The notes beneath the pieces were generated by a model. The model had not been told where the DNA came from. It was given only the letters and a program-made list of their open reading frames with translations, and did no database searches. A stretch of DNA of 64,000 nt, taken from an uncultured Acidobacteriota bacterium. Lineage in GTDB: Bacteria > Acidobacteriota > Vicinamibacteria > Vicinamibacterales > SCN-69-37. Location of the stretch: NCBI GenBank assembly GCA_963816795.1, contig CAWFLT010000006.1, positions 32,953 to 96,952 of the forward strand. Direction: 5' to 3'. This document shows positions 54,734 through 64,000 of the stretch, in pieces (the first letter of the stretch is position 1; the number at the start of each line of letters is the position of its first letter). The position numbers and the translations under genes are program-made.

Positions 54734-55982
54734 GGCGGCGAACCATGTCGAGCGCGGCGACAACCGACTGGGTGCGAATCATTTCGCGGTCGCCGAGAAA
54801 CAGGAACGTGCGGACCGCCGACGCCACGGGTGTTGCGATGGCGATGACGACGGTACCGACTGGCTTCTTCGGCGTGCCGCCAGTGGGACCGGCAACACCA
54901 GTGACCGCCAATCCGACGTCGGCGCCAAATCGCGCGCGCACGCCGTCGGCCATCGCCTGTCCCACTTGTTCGCTGACCGCGCCGTGCGCCGAGAGAAGGC
55001 CCGGTGCGACGCCGAGCGCTGACTCCTTGATCGCGTTGTCGTAGGCCACCACGCCGCCGATCACCCAGGCGGAGCTGCCGCTGATCTCGGTCAGGCGCGC
55101 CGCGACGAGGCCCGCGGTGCAGGACTCGGCGACGGCGATCCGCCATTCCCGGAGCCGCAGCGCGTCCCCCACGACGGCCTCGAGCGATCGACCGTCCACA
55201 CTGACGACGGCGTCCCCGACAGCCGTCGCCAGCGCATCGACGGCGGCCTCGAGCGCCGCGTCGAGGATCGCGCCGTTCGTGCCCCGCGCCGAGACATGGA
55301 GCTCGATCTGACCGGGCGCGGCGAGGATCGTGGTTTCGATTGGCGTCGCCGCGGCGGCGAGCGGGCCATACACCGGCTGCGCGAGCTCCTCGACCAGCGA
55401 CTCAGGCCGGCCGGCAATTCGAATCACTCGCCGCCGCACTCGACGCCCTTCGGTGCGCAATTCGAGCCGTGGCAAGACGCTCCCGTTGAACAGCGGCTCG
55501 AGCTCGCGCGGGGGGCCGGGCAGCAGGACCACGACCTTGCCATTCCACTCGATCCAGAGACCGGGTGCCGTCCCAGCCTGGTTGGCGAGCACCGTCGCGC
55601 CCCGCGGAACCGCGGCCTGCCGCCGGTTCGGCGCTGGCATCGTCATTCCTCGCCGCTCGAATCGTGCGCGGATCGAGGTCAGGACCTCCGCGTCTTCCTC
55701 GAGCGGCAAGCCGAGCGCCGCGGCGACCGCCTCTCGTGTCAGGTCGTCGGCAGTCGGGCCGAGCCCGCCGCTCGTGATGACGACGTCAGCGCGACTGAGC
55801 GACTGCTGAAGCACGTCGCGGAGCACGTCCGCCTCGTCACCAACGACCGACTTGACGCGGACGTCGATGCCAATGTCGTTGAGCCGGCCAGTCAGAAACA
55901 GCGAATTCGTGTCGATGCGGTGGAGCCCGAGCAGCTCGGAGCCGACGGCGAGGATTTCCGCCGTCAACAGCGGCGGCATCAC
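54699..55982 (-). CDS. cinA: Competence/damage-inducible protein A (NMN deamidase)
   Basis: VGSELL, DTN, GGLGPT.DDLT, AESCTAG, GAVS, TGVAGP. Confidence 0.94.
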   Translation of the reverse strand: MMPPLLTAEILAVGSELLGLHRIDTNSLFLTGRLNDIGIDVRVKSVVGDEADVLRDVLQQSLSRADVVITSGGLGPTADDLTREAVAAALGLPLEEDAEVLTSIRARFERRGMTMPAPNRRQAAVPRGATVLANQAGTAPGLWIEWNGKVVVLLPGPPRELEPLFNGSVLPRLELRTEGRRVRRRVIRIAGRPESLVEELAQPVYGPLAAAATPIETTILAAPGQIELHVSARGTNGAILDAALEAAVDALATAVGDAVVSVDGRSLEAVVGDALRLREWRIAVAESCTAGLVAARLTEISGSSAWVIGGVVAYDNAIKESALGVAPGLLSAHGAVSEQVGQAMADGVRARFGADVGLAVTGVAGPTGGTPKKPVGTVVIAIATPVASAVRTFLFLGDREMIRTQSVVAALDMVRRHALPPVSRARA

Positions 55983-56437
55983 AGCACTCCGGGAACGAGG
56001 CGAATCGCCGCTTGCAGAAGCAGATTGCCGTAGATGGCGGCCATGATGTCGTCCGCCATGATGCCGACGCCGCCGTGGAGCCGTTCAAAACGTCGGGCTG
56101 GCCAGGGTTTGAGGACGTCCAACACGCGGAAGAGCACGAATCCGAGCAGGGCGCCACGCAGTTCCACGCCCGTATAGAGCAAGGTCACGAGCTGACCTGC
56201 CACCTCATCAATCACGACGTGCCCTGGATCGTCCCGTCCGAAAAACCGTGCCGCCAACGTCGCCGCCCACGTGCCGACCACCGTGAGGGCCACGGCCAGA
56301 GCCAGCTGCGCGGGTCCCGGCCAGTGCGACGTGAGCAGATAGATGAGCAGCCCGACGAGCGAGCCGGCCGTACCGGGCGCGATGGGCGAATATCCCGCGC
56401 CGGCCGACGTGGCCAGCCAGACGGCCAGACGAGTCAT
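55979..56437 (-). CDS. pgpA: Phosphatidylglycerophosphatase A
   Basis: APGTAGS, DPGHVVIDEVAG, FRVLDVLKPWP, MADD. Confidence 0.93.
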   Translation of the reverse strand: MTRLAVWLATSAGAGYSPIAPGTAGSLVGLLIYLLTSHWPGPAQLALAVALTVVGTWAATLAARFFGRDDPGHVVIDEVAGQLVTLLYTGVELRGALLGFVLFRVLDVLKPWPARRFERLHGGVGIMADDIMAAIYGNLLLQAAIRLVPGVL

Positions 56438-57592
56438 GCACGCACGACGCGCGTGTGTGCCAGTCGATCGTGAACAGCCAGCCCCTTCCCGAAGATCGCG
56501 GGCAACAGCCCCGCGCCGAACGGCAGGAGCAACGGCAACGTGAGCAGTTCCCGGTAGATCGCCTGACGGAGCGTCACGCGATCTTCCGCCGCGTCTTCTT
56601 CGGTCGTCCCAATCACACGGATTCCGGTCAGCATCTTGCCGACGGTCTGTCCACCCGCTGCCGTGAACATGACGAGGTAGCCAAGAATGAGCAGCAAGAC
56701 GAACGCGCCAAGCGGGACCAGCACTGGCGCCCCGACGGAGGTTGGGGCGACGCCGGCCAACCGGAAGGTCACCCAGACGACGCCGGCGGTCATCGCGGCG
56801 AGCAGAATCACATCGACGACCGCGGCGAAGAGCCGACGCACACTGCCGGCCTGGTCCGTGGCTGCCGACGCGGCGACCGCAGGCGCCTCGGCGCCCAACT
56901 GGCGAGGCTCTTCATCGTCGACGTCGACGCGGCGGAGATCGTCGAGCAGATCACGATCGAACGGGCCGAGCTTCCGCCCGCGACGCGCGTCTTCACCGGT
57001 CGCGGTTCGCGGCTTCGGCGTCTCGGCCGAGCTCCGGCGGACGCCGAGCGGGAGCCGGGGTTCAGCCGGCACTTTCACCAGCGGCTCGTCTGACTCGGAA
57101 GGCGTATCGATCTCCAGCTCCGGACTGGCTTCGGCAGGCATCGCCTTGACGAAGAGTGGCAGCTCCGCGGTCACATGCGCCGCGCGGGGCGGTTGCGGCT
57201 GAGACCGAACCGGCGGTAACGTCGCGACGGTCCCTTCTGAGACGAACGTGTCGAGATCCTGCGTCGCGGGCGGCGACCACGTATGATGCAGCGGGCGCTG
57301 CCGTTCGCATCGGCGCCGCAGGCGCTGATATCGGCATGGGTTCGTCAGCCAACGCCACGCCGCCAAGCGCTGCCTCGGCGCGCGAGCCGACCGATCGAGC
57401 CGGGACACGAAGCGGCGCGGATGCGACCCGCCGGGGCGGCATCGGCTCACGCAGACTCAAATCGGCGAGCGGTGCCGCATCGGCCACCACCTTGATGACC
57501 AGATCGGCTTCCTCGACGGCGAGGTCGTAGCCGCAGTTCTTGCACCGTGGCTCAGGCTCGAAGCTCAGGTAGTGACACTTTGGGCATCTCAT
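56434..57592 (-). CDS. RDD-family membrane protein with N-terminal zinc ribbon (frameshift near 57280)
   Basis: MRCPKC...CKNC; Pro-rich linker; RRLFAAVVD...GQTVGK...HDRLAHTRVV. Confidence 0.8.
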
Positions 57593-58393
57593 CGTCTGGG
57601 TAGCTCCGCCGATGACCCCGAAGAGCCCCGGCTATTGGCAAGCAACAATTGTTGAATCTCCATCCGGAGAGCATCGGCGGCTCGATCGCACCGGACTGTC
57701 GACGCCCATGCGATCGAGCTCCGCCAGCGCTTCGGCCAACCGCCCGCGATCGAACAACGTACGCGCCCGGACGAGCGCGACCTCCGCGCTCGACAACACC
57801 GGCAGCTTCACCGGCCCGGCAGCCGGACGCAGAACTTCCGGACGCGGCCCGAGGGCCAGCCACTGCTGCACGGCCGGCGTGAGGATGCCGCCGGCGACGA
57901 CGGCGGCGAGCACGAGCAGGGTCAGGCTGGCCATCGCGCGCGAATGCCGGGGCCAGGACCAGCCACGCACGGGCGCGGGCCGCGGCGGGGCAGCGGCCGG
58001 CAGGCTGGCCGTCCCGGCATGAGCGCGCTCCACACGCTCGAGCCGGATCCGCAACGCCGAGGCATGCTCGTCCTCGCCGGCACTGGCCACGACCTCGGAC
58101 AGCAATTGCCGCGCCGCCGCAGGCTGGCCGCGATCGAGCAAGGCGCGGCTGGTCGCCAGCAGCTCGTCGGCGTGCCGCTGCCGCTCTGCCATGGCCGAGC
58201 GCGCGCGGTCGATGTACGCACGCGCGCGGGCATGCGATCGATCGATGAAGAGCACCCGGGTCCAGAGGTGAATGGCGTCTTCGTAGCGGCCGTTGAAGTA
58301 CCGATCCAGGCCGTCGACGAGCAGCGCTTCAGCCTGGCTGTCGCGATCGACAGCGTCGAGGGGAACCGAGTCAGCGCGTTTCGGTTCAACCAT
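57589..58393 (-). CDS. TPR-like membrane protein (frameshift near 57690)
   Basis: LLVDGLDRYFNGRYEDAIHLWTRVL helical repeats and a TM helix; corrected tail ends in an ATGA overlap with the next gene. Confidence 0.7.
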
Positions 58394-58464
58394 TCTTCAG
58401 GCCTCGCGGATTATATCGGCGCGAAATCGGAGAAGAGTACAAGAGGCAAGAGGGGACGCTCCTG

Positions 58465-58507
58465 GGAAACTCCGAACTGCCTGTAGTCGGCAAGTTCGGA
58501 GTTTTCC
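58465..58507. other. Long intergenic hairpin upstream of ftcD
   Basis: GGAAACTCCGAACTGCC / GGCAAGTTCGGAGTTTTCC near-perfect inverted repeat. Confidence 0.6.
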
Positions 58508-58527
58508 ACGGGAGAGACCCGTCCCCT

Positions 58528-59434
58528 ATGCCGATCATCGAGAGCATTCCGAACATCAGCGAAGGCCGCCGGGCCGACGTCCTCGAGGCTTGCGCGGCCG
58601 CCATTCGCGGCACTGGCGCGCACCTGCTCGACGTGAAGCCCGACGCCACCCACAACCGCACGGTGTACAGCTTTGCCGGTCCTGCCGGCGTCGTCAAAGC
58701 GGCCGTGCTCGCGCTGTTCGACGCCGCGCTCACGCACATCGACTTGCGCCAGCATCAAGGCGAGCATCCGCGGCTCGGGCGCCGTCGACGTGGTCCCGTT
58801 CGTGCCGATTGAGGGCGTGACGATGGCCGACTGCGTCGTCCTGGCCAAGGACGTTGCCGCCGACCGTGGCGGCGCGTCACTCGCTGCCGGTGTTCCTGTA
58901 CGAAGAAGCCGCGGCGTCCCCGGCGCGGCGCAATCTCGAGGACATCCGGCGCGGCGAGTTCGAGGGGCTCGCCGCCAAGCTGCAGCAGCCTGACTGGGCG
59001 CCAGATTTCGGGCCCGACGTGCCGCATCCGTCCGCCGGCGCCGCCGTCATCGGCGCGCGCATGCCCCTCATCGCCTACAACATCAACCTCGCCACCAACC
59101 GGCTGGACGTCGCCAAGAAGATCGCGGCCGCCATTCGTCACAGCTCCGGCGGCTTCCGCTTCGTCAAGGCCATGGGACTGGAGCTGGCCGATCGAGGCAT
59201 CGTGCAGGTGTCGATGAACCTGACCAACTTCGAGAAGACGCCGATCTTCCGCGTCTTCGAGCTCGTCAAGCGCGAAGCGGCGCGCTATGGCGTCTCGATT
59301 CTCGAAAGCGAAATTGTCGGATTGGTTCCGTCCGCCGCGCTCACGGCCTCGGCCGCCTGGTATCTGCAGCTCGAGGGATTCACGGACGCGCAGGTTCTGG
59401 AGAATCAGCTGCGCAGGCCGGAGCGCGATCGTAG
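58528..59434 (+). CDS. ftcD: Glutamate formimidoyltransferase (frameshifted; 3' end approximate)
   Basis: ESIPNISEGRR, D.THNRTV, H.GEHPRLGAVDVVPF, GAR..LIAYN, QVSMNL. Confidence 0.9.
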
Positions 59435-59460
59435 ATTCGAGGCAAAACCAGTGCGAATGG

Positions 59461-60828
59461 CTATCCCTCTTCGCGCTGTCCGGGCGAGATGCCGAGGCTG
59501 CGCATCTTCTTGTAGAGGTTGCTGCGCTCGAGGCCGAGCGCCTCCGCCGTTCTGGAGATGTTGCCCTCGAGCGCGGCGATCGCGCCGAGGATGTAGCGGC
59601 GCTCCCAGGCGTCGCGCGCGTCGAGCAGCGGTTGAATCTCGAGACTGCTGCCGACCGTGACCGGCACCTCGGCGATATCGAGGAACCCGAGATCGTCCGG
59701 CACGACCAGTTCTCCGGGCACCGTGATCATGAGCCGCTCGATGACGTTGCGCAGCTCGCGGACGTTGCCCGGCCAGCGGTATTCGCGAAGCAGGACCATC
59801 GCCCCGAGCGAGAGCCGTTTGGGCCGCCGTCCGTACTCCTTGGCGAACTCCGAAACGAAATGCTCCGCGAGCCGAATCACATCGTCGCCGCGGTCGCGCA
59901 GCGCCGGCACGAACATCGGGATGACGTTGAGGCGAAAATACAGATCCTCGCGGAAACGGCCGTTCTGCATCTCGGTGACGAGATCCTTGTTGGTGGCCGC
60001 GATGACGCGCACGTCCACTCGCACGCTCCGCTGGCCGCCGACCGGCTCGATGATCTGCTCCTGGAGCGCGCGCAACACTTTCGCCTGCGTCTTCAGGCTC
60101 ATGTCGCCGACTTCGTCCAGGAACAGCGTCCCGGTGGTCGCGTTCTCGAAGCGGCCGCGCCGGTCGGCGACGGCGCCCGTGAACGCGCCCTTCGTGTGAC
60201 CAAAGAGCTCTGATTCGATCAGCTCCTCCGGGATCGCGGCGCAGTTGACCTCGACGAACGGGCCCGTGCGGCGATGGCTCAGCGCGTGGATCTGGCGCGC
60301 GACCAGTTCCTTGCCGGTGCCGTTCTCGCCGGAAATCAGCACGCGCCCGTTCGACGGCGCGGTCATCTCAATCTGATCGCGCAGCCGCCGCATCACCGGA
60401 CTGTCGCCGACGATCGTGAGCCGCCGATCGACACGCGCGCGGAGGGCGCGATTCTCCACTTCGAGCCGCCGCTGGCGCAGGGCGTTCCGCACGGTCAGCA
60501 CCGTCTTGTCGAGCGAGAGCGGTTTTTCGATGAAGTCGAAGGCGCCGAGCTTCGTCGCCCGGACCGCCGCCTCGACGCTGGCGTGACCGGAGATCATGAT
60601 GACCTGCGCGTCGACGCCCCGCTCGCGCAGCCGCTCCAGCGTCGCCAATCCGTCGATGCCCGTCAGCCAGACGTCGAGCAGGATGACGTCGTAGCTCTCG
60701 TGCGTGACCTGATCGAGGCAGGCCTCGCCGCTCTCGGCGGTGTCGACGTCGTAGCCCTCGTCGCGGAGCACGGCGCCGAGGGAGGCGCGCACCCCGGCTT
60801 CGTCATCGACGAGCAGAATGGAGGACAT
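59461..60828 (-). CDS. ntrX: Sigma-54-dependent response regulator (NtrX-type)
   Basis: REC domain, [31 protein letters not shown], Fis-type HTH. Confidence 0.88.
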   Translation of the reverse strand: MSSILLVDDEAGVRASLGAVLRDEGYDVDTAESGEACLDQVTHESYDVILLDVWLTGIDGLATLERLRERGVDAQVIMISGHASVEAAVRATKLGAFDFIEKPLSLDKTVLTVRNALRQRRLEVENRALRARVDRRLTIVGDSPVMRRLRDQIEMTAPSNGRVLISGENGTGKELVARQIHALSHRRTGPFVEVNCAAIPEELIESELFGHTKGAFTGAVADRRGRFENATTGTLFLDEVGDMSLKTQAKVLRALQEQIIEPVGGQRSVRVDVRVIAATNKDLVTEMQNGRFREDLYFRLNVIPMFVPALRDRGDDVIRLAEHFVSEFAKEYGRRPKRLSLGAMVLLREYRWPGNVRELRNVIERLMITVPGELVVPDDLGFLDIAEVPVTVGSSLEIQPLLDARDAWERRYILGAIAALEGNISRTAEALGLERSNLYKKMRSLGISPGQREEG

Positions 60829-63134
60829 CAGGCCGCCGGCAGTTCTACGGTGAAGGTCGTGCCCGACGGCCTCGCGGGCGCCGCCTCGATCCCGCCGCCG
60901 TGCTCGACGACGATCCGCCGGACGATCGCCAGCCCGAGCCCGCTCCCCCGCCCTTTCGTCGAGTAGTAGGGCATGAAGAGCTTCTCGCGGTCCGCGGCTG
61001 GCACGCCGGGCCCGTTGTCGCTGACGACGAGCCGGACGACGCCGTTACGCGCATCGCAGGTCGTCGTCACGACGATCGTCGGCTCCTCGCCAGCCGGGCC
61101 GGCGCCCAGGCCGTCGAGCGCCTCCACCGCATTGTCGACGAGGTTGATGATGACCTGGCGAATCTGCTCGGCGTCGAGGCGCACCGCCGGCAGGTCGGCT
61201 TCGAGACGGCGCTCGAGCCGCACGCGTCCCCGCTGGAGCATCGCGCCGTACAGATTCAACGTGTCGTCGACCAGCCGATTGAGGCTGGTCGGCACCATCC
61301 GCGGGCCGCGCAAGCGCGCAAACTGCGCGAACTCATCGACCAGCCCCTTGAGGGCCTCGACCTCGGTGATGATCGCGTCGGTGCACTCACCCACGAGGGC
61401 GGTCGTGCTGGGCGGCGCGTTGCTGAAATGGCGGCGCAGCCGTTCGGCGCTCAACTGGATCGGCGTCAGCGGGATTCTTGATCTCGTGGGCGAGCCGGCG
61501 CGCCACGTCGCGCCAGGCCGCCACCCGCTGCGCGCGGATGAGCGGCGTGACATCGTCGAGCACCAGCACCGATCCTTCGGCCCGGCGATCGTTGCCGGTC
61601 AGAATCGTGGCAGCCGCGGCCAGATGGATCTCGCGGTCGGCCAGCGCGAGGGTGATCTCCTGCACGAGCGCGCGCTGGTCCCGATGTTCGATGGCATCGA
61701 CGAGCGCCAGCACGCGGCTGCAGATCGTCGCGGCCGAACACCTCGCGGGCCGGGCGGCCCAGGCTCGACGCGTCGAGGCCAAGCAGGCGGCTGGCGGCGC
61801 CGTTGACGGTCAGAATCCGGCCGCCGGCGTCGAGCGAAATGACGCCCGGTCGCCACCCGCTCGAGGATCGTCTCGATGTAGCGCCGGCGCGCATCGACCT
61901 CGATGTTCTTTCGCGCCAGATCGCGCGTGGATTGTTCGAGCTTCTCGCGGCTGGTGCTGAGCTCGGCCGCCATCATGTTGAACGCCTCGACCAGCGAGCC
62001 GAGCTCGTCGCCGCTCTCCGGCTCGAGCCGGACATCCAACCGGCCTTCGCCGATGGCGCGCGCCCCTTCGGCGAGCTGTTGCACGGGCCGGGTGATCCGC
62101 TTGGCGAGGTAGAGCCCCAGCCAGGTCGCGCTGATCAGAATCAGGAGCGTGACCGTCACGAAGATCGACAGGAAGAAGCCCATGCAGCGGCTCGCGGAGG
62201 ATGAAGAGCGACTGGTACCGCTGGTAGGCCGTGGTCGCGCGCTGAGCTTCGGCGCGGATCGGCGCCGGCAGGTGGCGCGAGACGACGACGGCACCGACGA
62301 CAAGCTTGTCGGCGTCGCGGATCGGCCACGCCGACCTGACGAGCGCCCCGCCCGACTCGAGCTGATCCTCGGTCGCGGTCTTCGTCGCCGGACATCACGA
62401 CCCGCGACGCGATCCGATCGGCCGACGCCGTCGACGCGCGCACGGTGTCGCGCGCGAGGGTGGGCGACTCGACGGCGGTGACCAGCGCGACGTCCGTCGA
62501 CCGGCCCGGATCCGACACCGCGCGATAGACCTCGATCATTCCGTCGCGGAGCGTCGAGAGCTCGGTGCGGACCATCGCGTCGAGCGCGGTATCGTTGCCG
62601 CTCGCGACGTCGGCGGCCGGCAGCCGGCCGGCCAGCGTCTCGGCGCGGAGCGCAATCATCTCCTGATGATCCCCGTACCAGCGGCTGGCGATCGTCTGGG
62701 CGGCGCTCAGCACGTCGCTGACCGGCTCGTTGAACCAGAGCGCCGTGCTGTTGGTGATGATCGAACTGCCGCTGAGCAGGACCAGCACGGCCGGGATGAT
62801 GCTCATCGCCAGCAGCGCCGCCACGAGCTTCACGCGGAATCGACCGAAGGGCGCCGCCTGGCGCTGCTCGACCCAGAGCTTCAGCAGATTGCGCGCGAGT
62901 ACGAAACAGAGCGTGAGCAGCAGCACGACGTCGACGGCCAGCAGCGGGTAGAGCACGACGTCGGTCAGCACTGGCAGGGCGAGATCGGTGGTCCGATCCG
63001 AAAGCCATGACAGACCCGCGAGGAGGGCGAGGAGCACCAGCGCCGCGCCGATGAGGACCCGCGGGTTGTCGAGCGTCCGCCGGCGAACCTCCGGCGCCGG
63101 CTGCGGGATCGACGGGCGTCTCGCGGAACAGCAT
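60828..63134 (-). CDS. ntrY: NtrY-type HAMP/PAS sensor histidine kinase (several frameshifts)
   Basis: TM helices, HAMP (ITRPV...DELG...FN), AAWRDVARRLAHEIKNP, DNGPG, GSGLGL. Confidence 0.85.
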
Positions 63135-63147
63135 GGCCGTCAGGACA

Positions 63148-63690
63148 TCAACGAATGTACGTAAAATCCGCCCGCCCCGACGCGTCGTCGCGGCCGAACG
63201 GCCAGATCGACCAGATCGACACCGTGCGTCGCGGGCTGCAATACAACCGGACCCGGACGTAATACTCGGCGTTGGGCTCGAGCGGCGCGGCGACTTCGAG
63301 CGGCACGCGATCGAATGCGGTCATCCAGTCGCGGACCGGCGCCTCCTGATGCGCCGCCTCGGACTGCACGACGCGGCCGTCGCGCAGCCGCGACAATTGG
63401 TACGTGCCCGTCAGGTTGTCGAACTTCACCGAGGAGCCGATCCGCACCCGCGCCAGCGTCGAATCGAACAGCATCGCCGGCCGGCGCAGTTCGACGTCGA
63501 ACGAGAACGTCAGCACGAGACCGCTCCGCACGAGCTCCTTGATGTCGGCGGTCCATGCCGACGGTACCGAAAACGACGCCAGCACCCGTCCGTCGGAGAC
63601 GACGGTCGTGACCGTCACTTCACCGGCCGCGGCGAGCCCGATGGGCGCCGCCAGCGCGGCGGCCAGCAACCACGCTCGACGTCGTGTCAT
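63148..63690 (-). CDS. DUF4390-like exported protein
   Basis: Signal peptide, SGLVLTFSFDVEL, VKFDNLTGTY; upstream of ntrY. Confidence 0.65.
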   Translation of the reverse strand: MTRRRAWLLAAALAAPIGLAAAGEVTVTTVVSDGRVLASFSVPSAWTADIKELVRSGLVLTFSFDVELRRPAMLFDSTLARVRIGSSVKFDNLTGTYQLSRLRDGRVVQSEAAHQEAPVRDWMTAFDRVPLEVAAPLEPNAEYYVRVRLYCSPRRTVSIWSIWPFGRDDASGRADFTYIR

Positions 63691-64000
63691 TCCCTCGTCC
63701 TGAGCAACTCGTTCAGCTCGTGCTTGAACTCGTCGAGATCCCGGAAATTGCGATAGACCGACGCGAAGCGGACGAACGCCACCTTGTCCAGCCCCTTGAG
63801 CTCCCGCATGACGTAGGCACCGATCTCCTCGGTCGACATCTCGCGTTCGGGCCGCTCCTGAAGGCTCCCCTCGACTTTGTCGGCGATCACCTCGAGCGCC
63901 GGCACACGCACCGGCCGCTTCTCGCAGGCCTTGAGGAGCCCGCTCACCAGCTTTTGACGGTCGAACCGCTCGCGCCGACCGTCTTTTTTCACCACCATGT
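63687..64000 (-). CDS. nrdR: Transcriptional repressor NrdR (5' end lies outside the window)
   Basis: VVKKDGRRERFDRQK, ACEKRPV, LDKVAFVRFASVYRNF. Confidence 0.95.
   Translation of the reverse strand, partial: MVVKKDGRRERFDRQKLVSGLLKACEKRPVRVPALEVIADKVEGSLQERPEREMSTEEIGAYVMRELKGLDKVAFVRFASVYRNFRDLDEFKHELNELLRTRE

Noticed and set aside
59434-59660. ftcD C-terminal extension overlapping ntrX by about 200 bp
   Set aside because: Probably read-through caused by an indel; the extension is antisense to the ntrX HTH region

Overview
GC-rich bacterial chromosome segment made mostly of core housekeeping genes. Gene content, the rplM-rpsI-rpsB-tsf order and the repeat style suggest Acidobacteriota, probably Vicinamibacteria (inference). 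It contains icd; kdsB-pyrG-kdsA-kdsD-kdsC-lapB-coaE; folD, an APC permease, thiE, accCB and an M24 peptidase; a pilMNOPQ operon with a sigma-54-like promoter and two Ig/PKD lipoproteins; rplM-rpsI-rpsB-tsf-pyrH-frr-thrC-asparaginase; a Phd/PIN toxin-antitoxin pair bounded by a 15-bp direct repeat; pfkA; a ~3.5 kb accessory patch beside tRNA-Ala(CGC); lolA plus a lipoprotein secretin; a peptidoglycan-recycling cluster (nagZ-ldcA-mpl-murB-murA) that shares a palindromic -10 element with a GHMP kinase; rnhB and ffh-rpsP-khpA-rimM-trmD-rplS; rib genes, ftsY, gpsA, thpR, cinA, pgpA, ftcD, an NtrY/NtrX-type pair and a partial nrdR. Many genes, including normally essential ones, carry indels that look like assembly errors rather than pseudogenisation. 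No CRISPR array, prophage, integrase, transposase or rRNA was seen, and no clear-cut novel multi-gene system is proven. The best leads are the GHMP kinase linked to the recycling cluster, the repeat-bounded TA cassette, several dispersed repeat families and unannotated zinc-finger microproteins.
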